In this document: positions 25,104-34,095 of the stretch, piece after piece
How the letters are laid out: every line of letters starts with the position of its first letter
Numbering within the stretch: position 1 is the first letter of the stretch
Assembly: GCA_017609885.1 (NCBI GenBank)
Contig: JAFCDB010000006.1
Coordinates: forward strand, 1 to 53,737
Source of the DNA: Candidatus Pacearchaeota archaeon
GTDB taxonomy: Archaea > Nanobdellota > Nanobdellia > Pacearchaeales > GW2011-AR1
DNA: 53,737 nt
Direction: 5' to 3'
Translations under genes and position numbers: made by a program
Notes under the pieces: generated by a model
Databases searched by the model: none
What the model was told of the DNA's origin: nothing
Seen by the model: the letters and a program-made list of their open reading frames with translations, nothing else

Positions 25104-25289
25104 TTATTGTTCAAAGAACTTGCAGATATAACCTTCTTCATTATCTTCTAAATAAGCGCAGCCATTTCTTTTAGCAAAGCAACATTTTCCACGAGTATAA
25201 AATCTGCTGACACTCAATCCTGTTTCTTGTTTGCATAATGCTTCTGGTTTTTCTTTTGTTTTCTCAAGAACTTCTAATTCTTTTTGCAT
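25104..25289 (-). CDS. Hypothetical small Cys-containing protein
   Basis: 61-aa ORF with 5 Cys. No recognisable family motif. Confidence 0.35.
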   Translation of the reverse strand: MQKELEVLEKTKEKPEALCKQETGLSVSRFYTRGKCCFAKRNGCAYLEDNEEGYICKFFEQ

Positions 25290-25511
25290 TTAATTATTTA
25301 ATTTGATTGTTTTTAAAGATTTATGAGATGTATTGACTTATTGAAAAAACAAAAATTTGCAATTATATTTTCCTTTTAAATAAGAGGATTTTAATTAAGA
25401 ATCTGAGAAATAATTGCAACTGCCCTGACAAGAATAACAGATTTCAAATAGAAATTTCCACAAAGTTATTTAAACAGAAATATTTTTAAATTAGCTTGTC
25501 TAATTATTTGT

Positions 25512-26018
25512 ATGGAAGCAATAAGGGAGGTTGATGATGGGCCCGATGATTTTTCAAATCTTTATTGTTTTGGCGATCATTGTGTTGATTCATATAGAGA
25601 AAATGGAATTTGTTATGTTTGTGCCTGCGGAAATATGACTAATACCCATGTAGATTCTTTAAGAGAAAAACTTGTTGAGGAGGGTTTTATTGAACCTGAT
25701 TATGAGGTTGATGAAATTTTTGCAAAAATTGAAAATGCAATTAGAAAGTTGTGCAAAAAAACAAAGAAATTTTTAAAAGGTCATCCTGAAATTCCCTCAC
25801 AATTGGTTTTATTATTGAATCCTAATAAATTTGATTTATCAGGTCCTGTAGTTGCTTTGCGAGCTGATAGAAAAGCAAGAATGGAGGGATGTGAATTTAA
25901 AATATATTCAAATCCAGATGCTATTAAAAAATTTAAACTTGCAGAATTAAGTAAGTATTTTCCTCATTTAGACCTTCATCCATATTATAATTCTTCATTT
26001 CGTTGCCTTAGAATCTAA
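25512..26018 (+). CDS. Hypothetical protein with a Cys-rich N-terminus
   Basis: 168-aa ORF containing CFGDHC...CYVCACG. The promoter-like box AATATTTTTAAATTA lies upstream. Confidence 0.5.
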   Translation: MEAIREVDDGPDDFSNLYCFGDHCVDSYRENGICYVCACGNMTNTHVDSLREKLVEEGFIEPDYEVDEIFAKIENAIRKLCKKTKKFLKGHPEIPSQLVLLLNPNKFDLSGPVVALRADRKARMEGCEFKIYSNPDAIKKFKLAELSKYFPHLDLHPYYNSSFRCLRI

Positions 26019-26211
26019 CGCCCTTCTCCCCTTAATAATATAGGTTCTTTTCAAAATTCCGCAACTCTCAAATTGAGACATTAATAAAACTTTCTATTTT
26101 TACAACTGTCTTAGAGTAGTAAATGCATCGGCTATTTTGTTTTTTAAATTCCGAAACATTTAAAAGCACCATGACTATTGCGATATATAGATTAAATCAT
26201 ATATATCTAAA

Positions 26212-26478
26212 ATGAAAGATAACTTCGATATATTTTTTAGAAGAAAGCCAGCAATGATGATGATTGCACTTCGGAAGCTTTCAAGAGTTCGGTACGGTTC
26301 AATTCTCGCAAAAGAAGTCGACTGCACTTATAGTCACGCAGTAAAGATTTTGCAAACTCTCGAAGACCTTGGACTTGTTGTGTTTGAAAAAAAAGGAAGA
26401 ATAAAATTAATCAAACTGACAAAAAAAGGTATGGACACTGCAGACCATATTGCAAAAATTCATGAGATTGTTGGGTAA
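26212..26478 (+). CDS. Small winged-helix (MarR/ArsR-like) DNA-binding protein
   Basis: YGSILAKEVDCTYSHAVKILQTLEDLGLVVFEKKGRIKLIKLTKKG fits an HTH plus wing pattern. Confidence 0.6.
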   Translation: MKDNFDIFFRRKPAMMMIALRKLSRVRYGSILAKEVDCTYSHAVKILQTLEDLGLVVFEKKGRIKLIKLTKKGMDTADHIAKIHEIVG

Positions 26479-26499
26479 TTGGATTTTTATTTTTTTAAG

Positions 26500-26574
26500 T
26501 GGCCCTGGAGGGATTTGAACCCCCGACACCTGGATTAAGAGTCCAGTGCTCTGACCAGACTGAGCTACAGAGCC
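26500..26574 (-). tRNA. tRNA-Lys (anticodon CUU); CCA is not encoded
   Basis: The reverse complement reads GGCTCTG-TA-GCTC-AGTCTGGTC-AGAGC-A-CTGGA-CTCTTAA-TCCAG-GTGTC-GGGGG-TTCAAAT-CCCTC-CAGGGCC-A. The cloverleaf is canonical, with CTT in the anticodon loop. Confidence 0.9.
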
Positions 26575-26656
26575 ATAATTATCATAGAAATAAAACACTT
26601 ATAAATTTATTCACTATGTAATTTAAATTTAAAAAATTAAAAGAAAAAAGAAAAAA

Positions 26657-27415
26657 TTAATGTAGAGCTGTCCAATTATAACTTTTAAAACTTACTTGTC
26701 TGCATCCATAAAATGTCCCCACATTACTAACCACCTCATAAGCTACAGTCCCTGCAGTACTTGAGTTACATTCCTCCTTTGAAGTTTCTCTAATTCTCAT
26801 CATACCATCAATATCTAATTTTTGAATTGGAGAATTTGTTCCTATTCCAAAATTCCCTCCTTTAAAAAAACTATTTCCATTAGAATCCAAATTCACCTTG
26901 ACTGCTCCACTATCAAATAATCTCATTCTTACATTTTCATTCGGGGGGATTCCTTGTTGAGTTATATCCATTAATGTCCCATTATCACTCGCAAGAATAG
27001 CCATGCCTTGAGTAACTGAAGAGCCGCCAACTTGTAAAGTGAATCTTGATGATGGACTTGTTGTTCCAATTCCTAATTTTCCATTTGTATTCATTGTCAT
27101 TAACATCTTATTGTCGTATCTCCATTGGAGAGCATCACTATTACTTACATCCTTTCTTATTGTCCAATCATCGTTAATTGTTGTTGCTCCTGTGACTAAT
27201 TGAATAAGGGGGTCATTTGCAGAGTTATTTATAGTTAATCCCCCAAATGTTGTTGGGGCAATTTCTAAATTATTCATAGGGCTTGTTGTTCCAATTCCTA
27301 CACTTCCGTTAGTATAATAAACATCATTTCCATTTAAAGTCCATAAATCAGCAATTACTAATCCTGCCAAAAACAATCCAACAAAAAGAAATACTAAAAA
27401 TTTATTTTTATTCAT
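26657..27415 (-). CDS. Secreted protein with three G-x-(V/L/F)-GIGT-x-SP repeats (tail-fibre/collar-like repeat protein)
   Basis: The signal peptide is FLVFLFVGLFLAGLVIA. The repeats are GSVGIGTTSP, GKLGIGTTSP and GNFGIGTNSP. Confidence 0.65.
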   Translation of the reverse strand: MNKNKFLVFLFVGLFLAGLVIADLWTLNGNDVYYTNGSVGIGTTSPMNNLEIAPTTFGGLTINNSANDPLIQLVTGATTINDDWTIRKDVSNSDALQWRYDNKMLMTMNTNGKLGIGTTSPSSRFTLQVGGSSVTQGMAILASDNGTLMDITQQGIPPNENVRMRLFDSGAVKVNLDSNGNSFFKGGNFGIGTNSPIQKLDIDGMMRIRETSKEECNSSTAGTVAYEVVSNVGTFYGCRQVSFKSYNWTALH

Positions 27416-27572
27416 TTTTATTCATTTTTACCTCCTTTCATTTTTATATTTATTTTTTGATATTTATAATCGGCATATAAACTTGTAAAGTTTGTTGTCA
27501 TCGGCGACTAAATAAACAAAAAGTTTTTTAAAAATCTTTCTTACTACTTTAATTTACGAAATTAGGTTTTTT

Positions 27573-27881
27573 TCACTTATACTCACGCCAAGTATACTTG
27601 CACTTTGTACACTTAAAGAATCTTGTCTCAGCTTCATCACCACTCCGCGTTTGCGACGTCCAAAAATATGCTTCTTTAGACTTGCACTTTGGACAATTAT
27701 TTGAAACAACTGGAAACACATCCATATCTTTTTCTTTTACTACTCCCACCCCGCTTGTCTCCTTAATATCTTCCTTTGCCTCAATTTTAATCTTGCCTTT
27801 TGCAATGTAGCCACATCTAACGCAACCGAAATTTTTTCTTTTTTCTTCAAGAACCGAACCGCACTTTGGACAAAATTCCAT
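27573..27881 (-). CDS. tfs: Transcription factor S (TFS / RpoM-like)
   Basis: The N-terminal ribbon is MEFCPKCGSVL...CVRCG. The C-terminal ribbon is CPKCKSKEAYFWTSQTRSGDEAETRFFKCTKCKYTW, including the acidic DE loop. Confidence 0.9.
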   Translation of the reverse strand: MEFCPKCGSVLEEKRKNFGCVRCGYIAKGKIKIEAKEDIKETSGVGVVKEKDMDVFPVVSNNCPKCKSKEAYFWTSQTRSGDEAETRFFKCTKCKYTWREYK

Positions 27882-27951
27882 ATCTCTTTTTATCAATAAA
27901 TTGATGTTTTTTATTGCTTGTTTAACAAATTCAGGTTTTTAAATTTATCTC

Positions 27952-28575
27952 CTAACAAAATCCCCTATTTTCTTTAGCTCTAAACGGCTCATAGAAAATT
28001 AACTTTGCCCATCCTATCAATGGAACTCTAAGAATAGTTGCCCTCCCAATTATTTGCTCATCCTGAATATTAGTCTCATCAATTCCTTCAGGATTATTTG
28101 AACCAGTGAACTGAAAATTAAAATTATTATCTCCCTTAGTTTCTAAAGGATGTAATCCAATAATCCGATGGATAATCGGTCGCTCCGAAGCCCCAGAAGA
28201 AAATATTATTGTATCGCCAATCTCAAGTTCTTCTTTTTTCGTCCCTAAAACAAAAAATATGTCTCCTTTGTTAAATCCATTTTTCAAAGGAAAATTTTCA
28301 AACTCTTCTTTTTCAATTTCATTATCAACATACCAGTTACTATTTTCTTCCCACCAATTATCAAAATTCTGCCCATGATGCATTGAACACGACTCGACGA
28401 TTGCCAGTGGCAGCGACGTCCCTGTTAAAAAAGAAAGCCCTGGGAAAAATATAAATTTAATTAAAACAAATATAACTAAAATAAATGTCACCCAGCTTAG
28501 CAAACTATCATCATTCCAAATAAAATTCCAAAACTTTTTAATAAGTTCAACAAATTTTCTAAACTCTTTTTTCAT
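27952..28575 (-). CDS. Signal peptidase I, archaeal/eukaryotic Sec11 (S26B) type
   Basis: A TM anchor is followed by VESCSMHH (catalytic Ser context), GDIFFV and IIHRIIG. Confidence 0.75.
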   Translation of the reverse strand: MKKEFRKFVELIKKFWNFIWNDDSLLSWVTFILVIFVLIKFIFFPGLSFLTGTSLPLAIVESCSMHHGQNFDNWWEENSNWYVDNEIEKEEFENFPLKNGFNKGDIFFVLGTKKEELEIGDTIIFSSGASERPIIHRIIGLHPLETKGDNNFNFQFTGSNNPEGIDETNIQDEQIIGRATILRVPLIGWAKLIFYEPFRAKENRGFC

Positions 28576-28661
28576 TTTAGGTTTCTCCTAAAAGGAAAAC
28601 ATGAAAATCTTTGATTTACTTTTTTCATCATTAATAAAATAAAACAACTTATTTAAATCTT

Positions 28662-28901
28662 TCACCGCCTTTTAGAAATACTTTTCAAATTTTTCGCTAA
28701 GTTAGCTCTCTTTTTTAATTTGCCCGTTACTTTAATTCTTTTCCTGCCTTTTTTTGACGGATTTTTTATTACCCTGCCAGATTCTGCAGAAATAATTTTA
28801 TTTAGTAATTCAATAGGAATTTTATCGTCTTTGGAAATTCCAAGTTGCTTGTGCAAGGCCCCTTTTCTCATACGAATTTTCTGAATAAATTTCACCACCA
28901 T
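28662..28901 (-). CDS. Small, highly basic hypothetical protein
   Basis: Contains MRKGALHKQLGISKDDKIPIELL...KKGRKRIKVTGKLKKRANLAKNLK. The internal start (MVVKF) is preferred over the ORF-track start at 28967. Confidence 0.4.
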   Translation of the reverse strand: MVVKFIQKIRMRKGALHKQLGISKDDKIPIELLNKIISAESGRVIKNPSKKGRKRIKVTGKLKKRANLAKNLKSISKRR

Positions 28902-28981
28902 TTTTATTTTATTACAAATATCAAATAGTATTAAAATGTTTTGATTATTAATATTAGGATAGCACATTAAAATTTTCTAAC

Positions 28982-28995
28982 AACATTTTTATACC
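28982..28995 (+). promoter_or_regulatory. BRE/TATA-like box, possibly bidirectional
   Basis: AACATTTTTATACC ends 20 nt before the ATG at 29015. Its reverse complement GGTATAAAAATGTT faces the divergent gene. Confidence 0.35.
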
Positions 28996-29014
28996 TTGAG
29001 TTTCTTTAAAAAAT

Positions 29015-29632
29015 ATGTCAAAGTTTAAATTTTACACTTTATGGATTGCAATTTTGTTAGTTATAGTTTTTGCACTGCAGAATTTTGTGTCAGGATTTAC
29101 AGATATTTTTATTCTCAATGAAAATTCCCTGATTCAACCTTGGAGATTTTTAACAGCGGTTTTTTTGCACGGAAACGGGGCTCATCTTTTGTCTAATTTG
29201 TTTGCGCTTGTTTTTTTTGGACTTATCTTGGAAAAAACAGTTGGAAGCAGCAAGTTTTTGGGAATTTATTTAGTTTCAGGAATTTTAGCAAATGCTGTTG
29301 CGATTAATTTTTACTCAAGTTCGCTTGGAGCATCAGGAGCGATTATGGGAATTATCGGGGCGCTTGCAATTATTAGACCGTTGATGACAGTTTGGGCATT
29401 TGGGATGATTTTACCAATGGCAGTTGCAGCTGTTTTTTGGGTTTTAATCGACGCAATTGGGATTTTTATTCCAAGCAACATAGGACATATTGCGCATTTA
29501 TCAGGAATTTTTTTCGGAGGAGTTTTTGGAGTTGTTTTTAAGTTTAGTAATCTGAAAGCAAAAAAGAAACATCGAGTTGAAGTCCCTGAACATATGATGC
29601 GACGATGGGAGGCGCTGTATATGGGGGATTAG
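29015..29632 (+). CDS. Rhomboid-family intramembrane serine protease
   Basis: Six hydrophobic helices are present, with GASGAIMGIIGA (GxSG) and HIAHLSGIFFG (catalytic His). Confidence 0.85.
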   Translation: MSKFKFYTLWIAILLVIVFALQNFVSGFTDIFILNENSLIQPWRFLTAVFLHGNGAHLLSNLFALVFFGLILEKTVGSSKFLGIYLVSGILANAVAINFYSSSLGASGAIMGIIGALAIIRPLMTVWAFGMILPMAVAAVFWVLIDAIGIFIPSNIGHIAHLSGIFFGGVFGVVFKFSNLKAKKKHRVEVPEHMMRRWEALYMGD

Positions 29633-29733
29633 TTTAATCCTGGATTCTTAGTAGGATTATCTCAAGAGTTTGCTCTCGAATCGGGCTTCGCCACGATTCT
29701 CCGCGGGAAATTTGCTAATGTATGAAAACTTGA

Positions 29734-30492
29734 TTATGTATTCCAACCTTGGTTCAGTCCTCTCGGCAAAGTTTCAATAAATTCAACAATCCCATCAATC
29801 ATTTCTTCAAGCCAAGATATTCTGCCTTCCAATTCTTCAATTTTTAATTCAAGCTCTTCAACTCTTTCTTCCAAACTTGGCTCTGGCGGTTCTTCTTGCT
29901 CTGTGCAAATCTCTACATTGTCATAATCTGCATGAAGAAGTCCATCGTGCCCTGTTCTAGAAATAAAAGCAAAAGTATATGGTGGACTAATAAATCCAAC
30001 TGATGAAACCCAATTTTCAATAGTTCCGTTTGGTAATGTTCTTTCAATTGTTACACTGTCTTCATTATAAGTTGCTTTATGATGATAAGTTCCAAATTCT
30101 CCTTCATGAGAACCTACTTCATTCCAATGTCCTACACAAGTTGTTCCTCCTTGCCAAGATGAAGAATCATCCCAAAATATGCAAGCAAAATGATTTCCAC
30201 TTGCAGAATTATATTCTAAATCAAACTCAATTATATCTCCCACACTTATAGTTTGTAATGCTTTAAGTTCAACTCCTTTGTCTGATTGAGTTAATTGAGC
30301 AGTATGATATTTTTGATTTTCAATAGAATGTTCATCCATCAATCCAGAACCATCACTTCTTCCGAGAGATTCTTCCCATTTAGAAGTATTAATAGTTTCA
30401 GAAGAAAAATCATCATAGAGTTCACAAACTTGAACAGCATTTGTTAAACTAATCATTGTAATCATAAACCAAATAAATGCAAGTTTTTTCAT
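29734..30492 (-). CDS. Secreted protein, possibly with a lectin/jelly-roll-like domain, and a C-terminal coiled coil
   Basis: A signal peptide is present (LAFIWFMITMISLTNA). The segment YDDFSSETINTSKWEE and a LEERVEELELKIEELEGRISWLEE heptad region are also seen. Confidence 0.55.
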   Translation of the reverse strand: MKKLAFIWFMITMISLTNAVQVCELYDDFSSETINTSKWEESLGRSDGSGLMDEHSIENQKYHTAQLTQSDKGVELKALQTISVGDIIEFDLEYNSASGNHFACIFWDDSSSWQGGTTCVGHWNEVGSHEGEFGTYHHKATYNEDSVTIERTLPNGTIENWVSSVGFISPPYTFAFISRTGHDGLLHADYDNVEICTEQEEPPEPSLEERVEELELKIEELEGRISWLEEMIDGIVEFIETLPRGLNQGWNT

Positions 30493-30604
30493 AAGTAATT
30501 AAGTGACATGAAGATTATAAAGATTATGATACTGCAATTAATACTCTGCTTTCAACTTATTTAAATTCTTTCTATGTTTTCAAAATGAATTACTTGACTA
30601 AAAA

Positions 30605-31108
30605 CTATAAATCTTTTTTTATCTCTTCAAACTCTTCCTTAGTAATTTCTCCTTTGGCATATCTTGATTTTAATATTTTTAGCGAATCTTCATCTGCATC
30701 ATTAGAAGAATGTTTATCTTTTCTCATTAAATCTTTTATAATTTTTAGAAATTGCTTAGTATATTTTCTATCAAAAGGAAAGAATTGTATTTCTTCTGCA
30801 GAACTATGTGCAAAAACTGTGAGGGTATCTGCGATAACTGACTCTTTATAATCAAGGGATTTAATCTGTTCATAAGGGATTTCCCTTACATCAAAAGTTA
30901 AAACACCTTTCCCTAAAATAAAAACTCTTTTATTAGTTAAGATTAACCAAGGAGAACCATATTGTTTTCTTTTAGTTCCCCACATTCCCTTAAAACTATA
31001 TAATATCCTCTCTCCATTATTTAGGGAAAAATTAATTTTCTTTTCTATTTTTTGAGGCAGTTCCATTCTTAATTTATCTTTATTCATATAGAATTTAAAG
31101 AAAGACAT
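30605..31108 (-). CDS. PH-like (bPH/GRAM-type) domain protein with a C-terminal SHOCT domain
   Basis: The central part reads GERILYSFKG...PWLILTNKRVFIL. The C-terminus is LKILKSRYAKGEITKEEFEEIKKDL (SHOCT signature). Confidence 0.6.
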   Translation of the reverse strand: MSFFKFYMNKDKLRMELPQKIEKKINFSLNNGERILYSFKGMWGTKRKQYGSPWLILTNKRVFILGKGVLTFDVREIPYEQIKSLDYKESVIADTLTVFAHSSAEEIQFFPFDRKYTKQFLKIIKDLMRKDKHSSNDADEDSLKILKSRYAKGEITKEEFEEIKKDL

Positions 31109-31125
31109 TATTTAAAACTGTTGTG

Positions 31126-32814
31126 TCAATTAAATTTTTTAATTATGGCAATTTCCTGCAAAATTTTAATTTCTTCTCTTGACAAAAGGTCTTTGTTTTC
31201 TTTAAAATTCTTAAATTGCTTCTCATTTATATTTGCATAAAGAAACTGCTTGTCCTTTAATTTTCTTTCAAAATTTGTTCCAGGAATTGAGATTGCAACT
31301 TCCATTCCCTGGTCTGCTTCTTCAACTGATTTGTTTTCTGACTGAATTTTTTTTACTCTTCCAATCTTCTCTCCTTGTTCGTCAATTAATTCCTGGTTTG
31401 AACTAAGTTTTCCTCCTATTATTCTCACCCCGAAAATTGCAGGGTTCGTATTTCTAAAGACATATTGTCCTAAGATTTCAAGTTTGCAAATTTTTGCAAG
31501 TGTCAAAAGCCGTTCTCTTTCGATTTCTTTTGTTCTTTCCTCTCTGTATTCCTGGAGATTTTCAATTAGCTTGTAAATTACTTCATCTGTTATAATTTTT
31601 ACATTGGCTGTAGGTGTTTCTTCTTCTACTCCTACATTGAAACCGAGGACAACTGCATCAACAGGATTTATTTCGAGGTTGGCTTTTGCAGAAGAGATGT
31701 CTGATTTGTTTATTGGCCCGATTCCTGCTTTTACAATTTTAATGTTTTTTTGTTTTAGTAAAGTTATCATTGCTTCCAAGCTTCCGAGCGAATCTGCTTT
31801 GATTATTATTCCTTTTTTGTCAATTTTTATTTTTTCTGTGATTTGATTTCTGAATTCTTTTTCTATTTCTTGTTTATTTTTATAAGTTGTGAAAGGCATT
31901 CCCGGGAGAATGTCCTCGGTTTTGTCTGATATTTGCAAAAGTGTTCCTGAAGCTGCTGTTACCTTGTCAATTGTTTTGAATTTATCTGAAAGCGGCTGAA
32001 TTTCCTGAATAGATTTTATTTTTGTCAGAATTGGTTCGTTGAAACTTGCAATTGCGATTTTATCTCTAGTTCTTAATTGCCCGTCATAAATTATTGAAAC
32101 AAGGTAGTTTAATGATTTTTCTTTTTTAATTTCTAAGATTACTCCTTTTGCTTTTTCTCCGAGCAAGAGTTTTTGTTTTAAAAATTTTTGAGACAAACCG
32201 CAGAGTATCATGATTAATTCCGGGATTCCTTGTTTTGTCTTTACAGAGCACGGAACAATTGCAACTTTTTTTGTAAAGTCTGTGATTTTGTAGAAAAAAT
32301 CTGCTTCAAGGTTATAGGAACTGAGAACTCCTATTAATGTGTAGAATTTTTCATCGAATTCTTGTTTTACATGAGTTGGCTGCATTTCAATTTTGTCATT
32401 ATTCCAGCCGCTAATTCTGTCAATTTTATTTAAAGCAATTATAAAAGGAGTTTTGTTTGATTTTAAAATTTGAATGACTTCTGCTGTTTGCGGTTTTATT
32501 CCTTCGTTTATGTCAATGACAAGGATTGCTAAATCAGCTAAGCTTCCGCCGCGCTTTCTGAGATTGTTGAATGCTGCGTGTCCTGGTGTGTCGATGAAAA
32601 GAAATCCAGGGATTTCGAGATTTAATTTGTTTTTTTCAATGAGCGGGCAGGCTTTTTTTAAATTTTCTTTTGGGAATAAACTAAATGAAATTTTTTGTGT
32701 TATTTTGCCTGCTTCTTTTTCTGCAACAGAGCTCTGCCTAAGTGCATCTAAAATAGATGTTTTTCCGTGGTCGACATGACCTGCAATTGTTACTATTGGC
32801 TGTCTGATTTTCAT
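31126..32814 (-). CDS. infB: Translation initiation factor aIF5B
   Basis: Motifs RQPIVTIAGHVDHGKTSILDALR, DTPGHAAF and NKID are present. Confidence 0.95.
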   Translation of the reverse strand: MKIRQPIVTIAGHVDHGKTSILDALRQSSVAEKEAGKITQKISFSLFPKENLKKACPLIEKNKLNLEIPGFLFIDTPGHAAFNNLRKRGGSLADLAILVIDINEGIKPQTAEVIQILKSNKTPFIIALNKIDRISGWNNDKIEMQPTHVKQEFDEKFYTLIGVLSSYNLEADFFYKITDFTKKVAIVPCSVKTKQGIPELIMILCGLSQKFLKQKLLLGEKAKGVILEIKKEKSLNYLVSIIYDGQLRTRDKIAIASFNEPILTKIKSIQEIQPLSDKFKTIDKVTAASGTLLQISDKTEDILPGMPFTTYKNKQEIEKEFRNQITEKIKIDKKGIIIKADSLGSLEAMITLLKQKNIKIVKAGIGPINKSDISSAKANLEINPVDAVVLGFNVGVEEETPTANVKIITDEVIYKLIENLQEYREERTKEIERERLLTLAKICKLEILGQYVFRNTNPAIFGVRIIGGKLSSNQELIDEQGEKIGRVKKIQSENKSVEEADQGMEVAISIPGTNFERKLKDKQFLYANINEKQFKNFKENKDLLSREEIKILQEIAIIKKFN

Positions 32815-32856
32815 AATTATGACAGTTAGAAATGGGTTAAAAAGTTTTGGGTTAGC

Positions 32857-32972
32857 GGCTTTGGTGAAACCATTAAATTTTTGAACATTTTTCTCAATTC
32901 CCTACCCGCCCGCCCAGCATTGCTCGACGTGATTTGTCTCGCAATGTAGATTTTAAATTGAGAAAAATGAAC
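32857..32972. repeat. Family-A MITE-like element, short copy with an internal deletion and a degenerate right end
   Basis: GGCTTTGGTGAAACC (identical to the IS terminus) is followed by GAACATTTTTCTCAATTCCCTACC...ATTGCTCGAC...GTCTCGCAATGT...AATTGAGAAAAATGAAC. This aligns with 1471-1682. Confidence 0.5.
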
Positions 32973-33015
32973 GGTTGGTAGATAGCTTTTTAAGTTTGTA
33001 AATTATTCTTATCTT

Positions 33016-34095
33016 ATGAACAAGGTACTCTTATATCAAAACGCTCAACAGAAATTATTTGAATCTGTAAAAGATAAAGGTGAAGCAATTGATAAAATCA
33101 AGGAGTTTTATGAAAAACTGGGAACTTCCTTAGAAGAAACTGTAAAAAATTATTCTATAAGAATCTATTTTGTAGAGATTTTAAATAATGATACAAAAAA
33201 TAAAGAAGTTAAAATAATCTCATTATCTACTGAAGGAACTGCAATAAATGAGCAAACAGCAGTTATTTGGAAATTTAAAGCAAGATATAAGGGAGTAAGT
33301 ATATTAATTCAATCAATAGATACAAAAGATATAACTTACAATATCTGGGAAGTTTTGGAATACCTTTTGCAAAAAGAAAATAAAAATATAATTGATGATT
33401 TAGATTTCAACCTTGACGTCAAACCAAAACAAAAAGGAAAATATACTGAAAAACAAAAATTAATTCTATTTTTCAGTAAAAAAGGAAATTGGGGAAAATT
33501 ATGGACTTATGATGAAGCAAGAGAAGAAATGCTAAAAGAAGGTCTTTCTATGAGTGGGAGAGGCATAGAAGGAGAGCGTCCAAGAGAGTTTAGGTATGAT
33601 TTAGGTTATCCTTTTATTACAAGTGAGCAAGATAAAGATGTCCCAGATGGCTCTTTTAGGATGGATTTTCCATTCCCAAACCAACCAAGAAATGAAAGAA
33701 GAAATGCAAACATTCATCTTTCCAAAGAAGATTGGTCTGAATTATTAGAATTATTAAAGAAAGAGCCTAAGAAGTTAAGGTGTTATGAATGTGGGTTATT
33801 TGAAGGAGAAAGTAATAAAATCGGTCAAAAGACTAAATTTGAAAAGGGACATTTACAAGCACATCTCTCAGGAGGAGATGTTTCTAAAGAAAATATAACT
33901 GCTATTTGTAAATACTGTAATTCTGAACAAAAGGATATTTATAATTATGATATTGTAACTGGAAAGAAAGTTTTTCATATAATTCCTTTTTTGAAAAATA
34001 AGACTTATAAAGAAAAGTTAAGTGCTTTAAAATTTTTAATGCATCATTTAAAAAAAGAAGATGTTAAGAGAATAGCAAGAGAAATCTTAAAATAA
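33016..34095 (+). CDS. HNH-motif nuclease, candidate restriction endonuclease partner of the adjacent methyltransferase
   Basis: The C-terminal region CYECG...KGHLQAHLSGGDVSKENITAICKYCNSEQ fits a CxxC...H...N...CxxC beta-beta-alpha-Me finger. The roughly 240-aa N-terminus has no recognisable motif. Confidence 0.6.
   Translation: MNKVLLYQNAQQKLFESVKDKGEAIDKIKEFYEKLGTSLEETVKNYSIRIYFVEILNNDTKNKEVKIISLSTEGTAINEQTAVIWKFKARYKGVSILIQSIDTKDITYNIWEVLEYLLQKENKNIIDDLDFNLDVKPKQKGKYTEKQKLILFFSKKGNWGKLWTYDEAREEMLKEGLSMSGRGIEGERPREFRYDLGYPFITSEQDKDVPDGSFRMDFPFPNQPRNERRNANIHLSKEDWSELLELLKKEPKKLRCYECGLFEGESNKIGQKTKFEKGHLQAHLSGGDVSKENITAICKYCNSEQKDIYNYDIVTGKKVFHIIPFLKNKTYKEKLSALKFLMHHLKKEDVKRIAREILK

Noticed and set aside
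26407-26598. 63-aa minus-strand ORF
   Set aside because: It is fully explained by the tRNA-Lys gene and its flanks, so it is a translation artefact.
26657-30492. Diversity-generating retroelement targeting the secreted repeat or lectin-like proteins
   Set aside because: There is no reverse transcriptase ORF. No template/variable DNA repeat pair with A-specific mismatches was detected in the window.
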